The notes under the pieces are model-generated. The model was given only the letters and a program-made list of their open reading frames with translations, was not told the DNA's origin and made no database searches. Below are positions 57,194 through 64,000 of a stretch of 64,000 bases of DNA, in pieces. The number at the start of each line of letters is the position of its first letter. The stretch's first letter is position 1. Source of the stretch: a virus (taxonomy: Duplodnaviria > Caudoviricetes); the IMG/VR virus record IMGVR_UViG_3300033072_000420, positions 4,961 to 68,960 of that record. One strand, given 5' to 3'. Both the position numbers and the translations under genes were made by a program.

Positions 57194-58528
57194 TCAAGCC
57201 CGAGCAGGCGCCGAAACGTCACCGAGCCGCATGATCAATCCGTTGGGAACTTGGTTTGCGAGTATGGCAGCAGATCCAGCAGCCATCGGCTCTTGGCTCA
57301 GATCTGAGTAGAACACAAGGGATGCAGGCGGCACGTCACCAGCGTAGAGCTTGCGAATCAGGTGGTCGCCCAGCGGCACCTTCCAGACCGCCATCTCAGA
57401 GAATTGGAAGCCTACAGGGATTTGAGCTACACCATCAGTACGACCTGCAAGCCCAAAATTATTGAGGTACTCTATTGGAACTCCCCCAGCCAAGTTCTCG
57501 ACGTTCACACCATCAATCCACATTGAATACGCGTCAGCAGCCTGATTGTATCGTAACACTAGTTCACGCATCACTCCGTCGGTACTGATGATGGAGTTTT
57601 GGGCTCCAGCCCCACCACCAACGGCTAAATTGTAGACATCCGTGGGATTCCTAACCCGTGTGATGCTGGACGGTCTTTGGAATGACAGGAACGCCGCACC
57701 TTTCAACGTATTGTCCCCCACAGTACCTATGCACTTGAATTTAGCACGCAGCGTGATTGAGCCAAAGTTTCCACACACTCCCATATTCAGGGGTGAGAAG
57801 GCGTTGCCAGTTATAGGAGCGATGTTGCTGTACTTCCACGCACCGAGACCAGTACGGACCCGGGGCTTCCGCATGGAGCCGTAGGTGAAGATCCCCAGAT
57901 CGATGGCGTCAAAGAAGTGCTGGTAGCCCGCATCGTTGGGATGCAGGCCGTCACTGCTCCATGTAGTACCTGCTATGAATCCACCAGATCCGTTGTCGAA
58001 CTCGGACATGTGATCGATGCGATGGTAACCCAGTTGGTCAAGTGCCTGATTTAGAGCAAGCGCTCCCTGGTACTGAGCAGCCGAGTACCCATTCCACATA
58101 TAGGCACCACGCAGGATCGGAACTGCGTTGATGCGCTCGCAGAAGCTGATCAGCTTGAGGTTTGCCTGATATATGGAGGTCCAGTCACATCCATCGTTGA
58201 CCGGATGATTGCAGAGTATCACGTGAGTTGGGCGATGAGGTGCGACATCGGTCCAGAATCGGTTGGCCGAAGCAACGAAGCCGGTGCCGCTGATACTACG
58301 GTTGATGACCTTCCAGCCTGCACCCAAGGCCGTTGCGAGTCGACCAGCCCAGCTTGTCGAGGGGGATGCCCATCCATTTGCGGCCGAGGGGTCGCCAGAG
58401 TACGTGGACGCCCCAGACCCTGCTCCGTTGCTGGAGCCAAGAATCACGACCGTTCCAGTCGAGGCCATCTGCGCATGTTGTTGAAGGTGTTGGTCTGTGG
58501 AGAACGGTGGCGTAACTATTGGAAGCAT
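57194..58528 (-). CDS. SGNH esterase + ConA/LamG-like domain with MLP-QHA leader
   Basis: ILGSS, SISG, PVND, DGLHP blocks. Confidence 0.8.
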   Translation of the reverse strand: MLPIVTPPFSTDQHLQQHAQMASTGTVVILGSSNGAGSGASTYSGDPSAANGWASPSTSWAGRLATALGAGWKVINRSISGTGFVASANRFWTDVAPHRPTHVILCNHPVNDGCDWTSIYQANLKLISFCERINAVPILRGAYMWNGYSAAQYQGALALNQALDQLGYHRIDHMSEFDNGSGGFIAGTTWSSDGLHPNDAGYQHFFDAIDLGIFTYGSMRKPRVRTGLGAWKYSNIAPITGNAFSPLNMGVCGNFGSITLRAKFKCIGTVGDNTLKGAAFLSFQRPSSITRVRNPTDVYNLAVGGGAGAQNSIISTDGVMRELVLRYNQAADAYSMWIDGVNVENLAGGVPIEYLNNFGLAGRTDGVAQIPVGFQFSEMAVWKVPLGDHLIRKLYAGDVPPASLVFYSDLSQEPMAAGSAAILANQVPNGLIMRLGDVSAPARA

Positions 58529-58570
58529 AGAATCCTCTGTGTAAAGGTATGTAGGTTACGAGTAGGGCGG

Positions 58571-59698
58571 TTAGCCGAGTGGTGTGAAGCTCATAGTGAT
58601 TGGTTTGTTTCCAGCCACCGTGAACGTATCCCCTGCTGCCGTTGACTGTGCCCAAAGCTCGCACGTAACCGCTTGAGCAGATGCACAATTCTGTACGAAT
58701 TCCAATGTGGCAAAGCCGGAAAACCCCCCGGTCGGTGCAGTCAACAAGAAGAAGTACGGCTGACTCAGAGTTGTGCCATCAGTTGTTTTGAACTTGGGGG
58801 CAAAGATGATTGAGTGTCCCCCGATCACGTTCACCCAGGCCGTCAGTCTACACAGAACATTGCCGTTGCGCGGCCCGACGTTTACAGGGCAGACGGCAGT
58901 TGAGTCCACAAGTGCAGCTGACGTTCCAATAGTAGAACTCGTTATAGATAACAGGCTGACAGCAGTCGGCTTAGTAGGGATGTCCATAGCCGCGAACAAG
59001 GCGGCCGGTGCCTGACTCGCGAACACTTCCTCAGAAGATGCCCATGTGCGGCCAATGCTCACGATGTCATCTGTAGAGCCGTTGAGTTGATAGAATTCAA
59101 ACCCCGGCCACGTACCTGCTATTGAACCGATGGCGGCGTTCGAAATGGTTTGCACAGAGCCATCAGGCAAGCGCAGGAATGCTCGGGAGTTCGATATGTC
59201 GAGGGCGACTTCTGCGGTGTAGACGACGCCGACGGAGAGTGGTGTTTTGAAAGCCCCGGCGGCATAATTTGTGACAGGACCATCCTGTACCAGAATAGTG
59301 TCCGCCGACCAGCCCCACCTATTGATTGTGAAGTGCATGCCAGTCGGTGGGACATGCGCCGGACCCGCGATGTTAGCAGACCAAGGAGTTATGTTGATGG
59401 CACCGTTCAACCCACCAGAGCCTGCTGTAAAAGAAAACTCCGCACCCATTCGGGTAACCGGACCCGGTAACTGCCACGCGCTGTACCAGGCCCTTTGACC
59501 TGTCCCCGCGCTTGAAGACAAAAAGTTCCCGGATGCGACGACAGGCGCTCCGTTGCTACGGAAATATAGAGGGATACCCGCGAATGTTTTTGTAGGAGCA
59601 ACACCTCCGGACGGCTTGACATAGTCAAAACGCCCCATGCTGGCATGCTGAGCAGCATGCTGCACCACGTCAAAAGGAGCTTGAATAGTTGGGAGCAT
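58571..59698 (-). CDS. Lectin-like beta-sandwich protein with MLP-QHA leader
   Basis: Leader MLPTIQAPFDVVQHAAQHASMG; beta-rich; no SGNH blocks. Confidence 0.7.
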   Translation of the reverse strand: MLPTIQAPFDVVQHAAQHASMGRFDYVKPSGGVAPTKTFAGIPLYFRSNGAPVVASGNFLSSSAGTGQRAWYSAWQLPGPVTRMGAEFSFTAGSGGLNGAINITPWSANIAGPAHVPPTGMHFTINRWGWSADTILVQDGPVTNYAAGAFKTPLSVGVVYTAEVALDISNSRAFLRLPDGSVQTISNAAIGSIAGTWPGFEFYQLNGSTDDIVSIGRTWASSEEVFASQAPAALFAAMDIPTKPTAVSLLSITSSTIGTSAALVDSTAVCPVNVGPRNGNVLCRLTAWVNVIGGHSIIFAPKFKTTDGTTLSQPYFFLLTAPTGGFSGFATLEFVQNCASAQAVTCELWAQSTAAGDTFTVAGNKPITMSFTPLG

Positions 59699-59713
59699 GT
59701 ATATTCCTTTAAA

Positions 59714-60160
59714 TCACACGACCACGAAGGTTCCGATCAAGTTGCCTTGCATATCCTCAAGGGTCATCGTGTTGCTAGGGGGTCCGGAGAATGGGGTGAC
59801 AACAACCCAGACCGCGCTAGGATTGGTGTCGATGGGGGTGCCGTCAGGCATCTTGAATCCCGAACGGAAGACCGTAGCGTTCGCGGCCACAGTCTGTGCT
59901 GTCTGGTTCTCGAGAACGATCTTCACATTCCCGAGCGGTAGATAGCTACAGACGTTTTCGTAACTCAGGGCAGGCTTCCAGAAACCGTCGGTGTCCCGGT
60001 AGTACATACCGGGTTCTTGGGCACCTCGTGGGCGTGTCAGCACACAGAGGTTGACATTGAACGGAACCTGCAGGAAGTCAGAGACCCAAGGAATGTCCGA
60101 ACGTGTGCAGTTGGTGCCGTAACAGAGCTGGGCCTGTATATAGAAATTTGGATTTGTCAT
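59714..60160 (-). CDS. Hypothetical (probable virion) protein
   Basis: Packed ORF between OMP and leader-bearing gene. Confidence 0.72.
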   Translation of the reverse strand: MTNPNFYIQAQLCYGTNCTRSDIPWVSDFLQVPFNVNLCVLTRPRGAQEPGMYYRDTDGFWKPALSYENVCSYLPLGNVKIVLENQTAQTVAANATVFRSGFKMPDGTPIDTNPSAVWVVVTPFSGPPSNTMTLEDMQGNLIGTFVVV

Positions 60161-60178
60161 TTCTTGGATCTCGGGTTG

Positions 60179-60835
60179 TCAGAAGCGCCAGGTCAGCATG
60201 AGGACGTCCGTGTACTTTTGGATTCCTGTGTACTGCATGCGGAGTCCCTTGTTGAAGTAGCGCTGAATTGAAAGATCGAAGTCTTTGAACCGGACGAGAC
60301 CGCCCACAACCGCACCAGGACGCAGACCGTTGTTCGAGTCAATGTCGAAGTTTTGAGGCTGGGCCGTTGGTGATGCTTTCCACCCAGTAACAGAAACACG
60401 GGAGATCGGTTTGAAGACGAACACTCCGCCGAACACCCCGAACTGAACTGGGCCATTAGTGTGCCATTCTGCGGTAGCCTCAATGCCGTTCGTGCTCCCG
60501 GACCAGACGTATCGAGCAAGGTTGCAGCCAGTCGGCACGCAAGTCTGGGTGACAGGACTGTAGTCTTCGTCACGATCTGCGGCAATGGCGTTGCTGTGGT
60601 TGACCCCGAGGTTCACATACGCTACGTGCCAGTTCCAACTATCGTTGATCTTGTCGGTGACCCCGAGCTTCCAGGTAGCGTGCTTCAGGTCCAAGGTGTG
60701 CTCGAACCCTTCCTGATACCAAGTGCCGTTTCCCATGGTCGTGGTGTAGCCACTTCCGATGCCGACCTCCCACTGCCAAGCGAAGCACAGCATCGGCGTC
60801 AAAAGAAACAAAATTGAAGCAATGATTTTTTTCAT
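60179..60835 (-). CDS. Outer-membrane beta-barrel protein with signal peptide
   Basis: MKKIIASILFLLTPMLCFA| signal; amphipathic strands; C-terminal LMLTWRF beta-signal. Confidence 0.72.
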   Translation of the reverse strand: MKKIIASILFLLTPMLCFAWQWEVGIGSGYTTTMGNGTWYQEGFEHTLDLKHATWKLGVTDKINDSWNWHVAYVNLGVNHSNAIAADRDEDYSPVTQTCVPTGCNLARYVWSGSTNGIEATAEWHTNGPVQFGVFGGVFVFKPISRVSVTGWKASPTAQPQNFDIDSNNGLRPGAVVGGLVRFKDFDLSIQRYFNKGLRMQYTGIQKYTDVLMLTWRF

Positions 60836-60846
60836 TTTATTTACTT

Positions 60847-61473
60847 TCAGTACCAGCCGGCCTGATAGCCGCTTGGTGGAGTATATGAAAAAGCAGACGC
60901 GCCGAAGTTTGCAGTTACTTGCTGAGGATTATTTTGAGAACCAATCATAGGATAGTAAGTAACTCCAGATGTCAAAGTAGATGATGGGGATGTATATGCA
61001 AGAGAATTGTTTACGTAATATGCAACGATTCCTGCATTCAGATCAACCGCAACACCTACCAAGCCACCAGAAAGATAGTAAGGTGAGGCATTTACGTATC
61101 CTCCATTGTGATAAACACGACCCTGGCCCTGTCCATTGATTAGGTTTGTAAATCCCACACCACTCCCAGAGCCTGGGAATGGGTATGTCAGAGGTTCTGA
61201 AGATGAACCGACTCCAACAACAATATCCGGGTTATTGGTGCTCTGAACAGTTGTCATGGAAAGTTCAAAATAATATTTTCCAGTTGATTTTCCAATATTT
61301 GCACGAACATATGAAGCTGCTGTCGATGATGTCGAAAGAGTCAAATTCCCATTGCTGAGATTGATACTAGAACTCTTATCAGATGGATTCCAAGTGGCAT
61401 AAGAAATTGGTTTTTTCACAAAAAGACCAAAACCTCGGCCAGAGGCTGCCCCGAAAGTAGATAGTAGTGGCAT
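60847..61473 (-). CDS. SPRY/ConA-like adhesin, low GC
   Basis: TWNPSDKSS.I.LSNGNLT, KSTGKYYFE, GVAVDL..G, YPMIG, NFG..AF SPRY pattern; N-terminal MPLLSTFGAASGRGFG. Confidence 0.78.
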   Translation of the reverse strand: MPLLSTFGAASGRGFGLFVKKPISYATWNPSDKSSSINLSNGNLTLSTSSTAASYVRANIGKSTGKYYFELSMTTVQSTNNPDIVVGVGSSSEPLTYPFPGSGSGVGFTNLINGQGQGRVYHNGGYVNASPYYLSGGLVGVAVDLNAGIVAYYVNNSLAYTSPSSTLTSGVTYYPMIGSQNNPQQVTANFGASAFSYTPPSGYQAGWY

Positions 61474-61505
61474 TCTTTAACTCGGTTGTGCATGGATTGT
61501 GGAAT

Positions 61506-61537
61506 GAAGCGGCTCCCGTTGATTGGGAGCCGGCTTT
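61506..61537 (-). terminator. Hairpin after the 786-aa gene (possible terminator)
   Basis: CGGCTCCC-7nt-GGGAGCCG stem, extendable past a bulge; weak U-tract on the - strand. Confidence 0.45.
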
Positions 61538-63898
61538 TCACCTATCGTTTATGATGATGGCACCACCGACGTGCAAGGCATGACCGTTGGCTTGAGAGCC
61601 GCTAGCATTTGCCTGAGCACATCTCACGTAGTGCATCGAGCCCGGCCCGAACAAACTACCCCGGGTGTAGATGTGATAGTTCCCACTGACATCCAGAGCT
61701 AGAGTTCGATCTCGGTCGCTGTAGAAGTCGGTGAGCTTGGTACCCGGATTACCCGACAGAATCCATGCCACTCGACGGCCTGTGCAGAAGACCCCAGCCC
61801 AATCGTTCAGCGTGTCAGTAGGACGACCCAACAGATTCGATCGGCTGGCTTCAGCCGGGAGCCAGCTCCCGTTGTAGGTCAGCTGCTGATACGGCACGAG
61901 ATCATAGTCAAAGGTCAGGGCAACCAAGGCAGCGATCTTCAGAGTACCGCTAGTGACCATGAGTTCGTAGTTGTCTCGACCATCCGGGGCTGCCGAAGGC
62001 GTCGCAAACTCCGTGGGGGTGTAGATCGGCACAAACCACTCATTAGCAAAGGGTGGCACGCTAATGTTGATGGTCTTCTGAACTGATCCGTTGAGCGAAA
62101 CCGTGAAGGTACATGCGCCGTCAGAGACATCGCGATAGTGGATCAGGGCAAACCCAACTGGGCAGACTCCGGAAAGCTGAGCTCGTTGACCCGTTGTCAA
62201 GGTCAGAAGATCCTCACTAGCACCTACCAGACTGGACCAGCGCCGTGCGAAGGATGCTGATCCCCAAGGGTGTGCACCCAATGTACCCTTGTTAGGGGAG
62301 TTGTTGAGTGTGCAGAACTCCAGTTTCGGGAGTATGACAAAGGCGTCTGCCGGGGTCTTGACATCTGTCACAACCCGGATAGGGGGCATAGGTTTGGCCT
62401 CTGCGGGGCGATTCGGAATCGCGTTGAAGGCTGTCGGAGGAGTGACTTCTATAACCGAGACGTTCGTGATTGTGAAGTTCGCAGCGGCTCCTTGGGACCA
62501 GGCCAGGATTTGATAGCTGGACCCACCGCTTGCAGTGAACTGAACTGTCTGCGTTCCCGGAGTCGATATGTTCAAGGTCTGCGACGCGCCATCCCAGGAA
62601 TACCCTTTGGTCACACCTATCTGGAATTGACCCGATGCAACCGCAGTGACATTAAGGGACAGGGTAACTATCGACCCGGCTGTGAAGGCACCCATCTCGT
62701 AGATAGTCCCGAGTCCGGCAGCGCTGGCTACGACGTTGAGCGCGCCCCCAATGTTTGAGATAGTCCCGCCAGCGTAGCTAGCCCAACCGGCAGTTCCGGC
62801 CGTGGAGAACGAACCGTTGCTGACGCGTTGAACCCCTGACCCGAGTGGGTTGACGCCAACACTGAAGACTGAGCGCACAGCCCGAGCCCATGCTTCGTGG
62901 CCGTTAGCCGGGAGAAGACTGGAAGGGCCAGAAGGGGTTCCGCTCGCTTGGTGGATCGCATCTGCGTAGATCCCGACACCACCCGCGCGGAGATAAGCCT
63001 CAAACACGTATGCTGCAGTATCGGCCAACTCAACTCCGTAGAGGTCAGCGACTCGCATCACCTCAGGGCCGTCAACGTAGAGGCTAGCGCCAGACATGGT
63101 TGAGTAATCTGTGCTAGGTCCCTGCGGGTTGTCGGTCACCATAATGACTTCGACTCCAGCTTGACGCAGCTTCCGAGCCAAAGGTTCAATGGTTTCGAGT
63201 CGGTAGTCACCGCCGTTGGCCAGACACCCGATGACGACAAGATCGACACCATCGAAGAGCGTTGACCTTCCGTAAGGCGGAGACACCAACGTAGAGAGGC
63301 CACCAGCGGCCGAGGGCGCACCAGACTGAGCGTAACCAGATGCCGTGTGATACGACGACAACCCAAGCTGAGCCAACTGATATTGATTGGGTGACGCACC
63401 GACACCCGTGTACTTGGTGGTGATCGTGGTCGGAACCTTGTATTTGTCAACAGTACCGGAGCCGAACACCATCCCAGGCCAATCAGTAGATGCGCCACCA
63501 GATTGCGTGAGCGACGAACCCATGATCACCACACTGATCGATTGACCGGCCAGGACCTTGGCCATCGTACGGGGGATGCGGCAGGCGGGCACGACTGGTG
63601 TGATCTGCTTCAAGTCAGTGATGGTGCTGGATGTGCACACAGCACGAGCCACCGGAACCCAGCCACGATGACCGAGGCGGGGCAGGCAACGCAGAACGTT
63701 GCTGAACAGCTCGACACCGACATACCAAGTACCGGCGGCGGGCATGATGATAGAGCCGCCCGAGAAATTCAGGCCGCCCACAGAGAATGGCGAAACGGTG
63801 ACGGTCTTCCCGGATGCGCTGCAGATCGACATCCCGAGAGATGCGTGATGCTGCGCGTGTTGATCTACCGAGAACGACGGCGTTATTGTAGGTAGCAT
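61538..63898 (-). CDS. SGNH esterase + CBM-like domains with MLP-QHA leader
   Basis: IMGSS, CLANGG, ADAIH blocks; RVSNGSF...GW CBM4/9-like segment; GAGAGGA RBS. Confidence 0.8.
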   Translation of the reverse strand: MLPTITPSFSVDQHAQHHASLGMSICSASGKTVTVSPFSVGGLNFSGGSIIMPAAGTWYVGVELFSNVLRCLPRLGHRGWVPVARAVCTSSTITDLKQITPVVPACRIPRTMAKVLAGQSISVVIMGSSLTQSGGASTDWPGMVFGSGTVDKYKVPTTITTKYTGVGASPNQYQLAQLGLSSYHTASGYAQSGAPSAAGGLSTLVSPPYGRSTLFDGVDLVVIGCLANGGDYRLETIEPLARKLRQAGVEVIMVTDNPQGPSTDYSTMSGASLYVDGPEVMRVADLYGVELADTAAYVFEAYLRAGGVGIYADAIHQASGTPSGPSSLLPANGHEAWARAVRSVFSVGVNPLGSGVQRVSNGSFSTAGTAGWASYAGGTISNIGGALNVVASAAGLGTIYEMGAFTAGSIVTLSLNVTAVASGQFQIGVTKGYSWDGASQTLNISTPGTQTVQFTASGGSSYQILAWSQGAAANFTITNVSVIEVTPPTAFNAIPNRPAEAKPMPPIRVVTDVKTPADAFVILPKLEFCTLNNSPNKGTLGAHPWGSASFARRWSSLVGASEDLLTLTTGQRAQLSGVCPVGFALIHYRDVSDGACTFTVSLNGSVQKTINISVPPFANEWFVPIYTPTEFATPSAAPDGRDNYELMVTSGTLKIAALVALTFDYDLVPYQQLTYNGSWLPAEASRSNLLGRPTDTLNDWAGVFCTGRRVAWILSGNPGTKLTDFYSDRDRTLALDVSGNYHIYTRGSLFGPGSMHYVRCAQANASGSQANGHALHVGGAIIINDR

Positions 63899-63931
63899 AT
63901 TTCCTCTCGAATCTTGTTGGGTCTTAACCCT

Positions 63932-64000
63932 TTAGCTGACGATAGCGTGCCATGGATCACCTGGATTGAATCCTGATATGGAGATCCACTTGTAGGGCAG
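63932..64000 (-). CDS. 3' end of a gene entering from beyond the window
   Basis: LPYKWISISGFNPGDPWHAIVS* open to the window edge. Confidence 0.45.
   Translation of the reverse strand: MPYKWISISGFNPGDPWHAIVS

Noticed and set aside
38735-63898. Shufflon/invertase-type fibre switching
   Set aside because: All fibre genes are co-oriented and complete, with no inverted crossover sites or recombinase gene seen
34047-63898. MLP-QHA leader as a Sec/Tat signal or RiPP leader
   Set aside because: No basic N-region, hydrophobic core or twin-Arg; the cargoes are large folded domains and no modification enzymes are adjacent
1-64000. CRISPR array, tRNA/rRNA genes, IS elements, introns/inteins, stop-codon reassignment
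   Set aside because: No regularly spaced repeats, cloverleafs, transposases or intein motifs found by eye; TAA, TAG and TGA all end coherent genes

Overview
This window is a 64 kb slice of a large, contractile-tailed (myovirus-type, probably jumbo) phage genome of roughly 55-60% GC (estimated from sampled lines). It uses the standard genetic code and has two convergent arms that meet at a perfect bidirectional terminator (33882-33919). The + arm (1-33885) opens with small unknown ORFs. It continues with a SWIM-finger protein, a divergent sigma-70-like factor, a gp32-like SSB, RecA/UvsX, large terminase, RuvC-like resolvase, an MmcB-like nuclease and the portal. A T4-style tail/baseplate block follows (tube-like proteins, chaperone, tape-measure-like protein, lysozyme/M23 hub enzyme, hub, spike, wedges, fibres), then a TraR-like zinc finger and a 5'-3' exonuclease. 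The - arm (64000-34047) is a ~25 kb array of at least a dozen fibre, adhesin and depolymerase genes built from shared modules. It also carries an outer-membrane beta-barrel gene, an intact arginase, and a Gram-negative lysis cassette (two membrane proteins, Rz with embedded Rz1, GH19 endolysin). The gene order resembles, from my recollection of the group, the RSL1/Lu11/PaBG/Y3-type 'hairy' jumbo myoviruses; this is inference and needs a terminase/portal phylogeny. Top leads: (1) four otherwise unrelated SGNH-esterase/lectin proteins share a ~22-aa N-terminal peptide, MLP.I..PF...QH..QHA, conserved at protein but not DNA level, suggesting an undescribed plug-in anchoring system for virion-displayed enzymes; (2) a late-region arginase with all catalytic residues; (3) a probable +1/-2 programmed frameshift in the tail chaperone; (4) an AATTTTATGG + hairpin motif ahead of late gene blocks, a candidate promoter for the phage sigma; (5) an LxAKxRL motif shared by three small basic proteins; (6) a phage-encoded OMP. 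No tRNA, rRNA, CRISPR array, integrase, transposase or reverse transcriptase was seen. The major capsid and tail sheath genes are not recognisable in this window. All family assignments come from motif recognition by eye; no searches were run.
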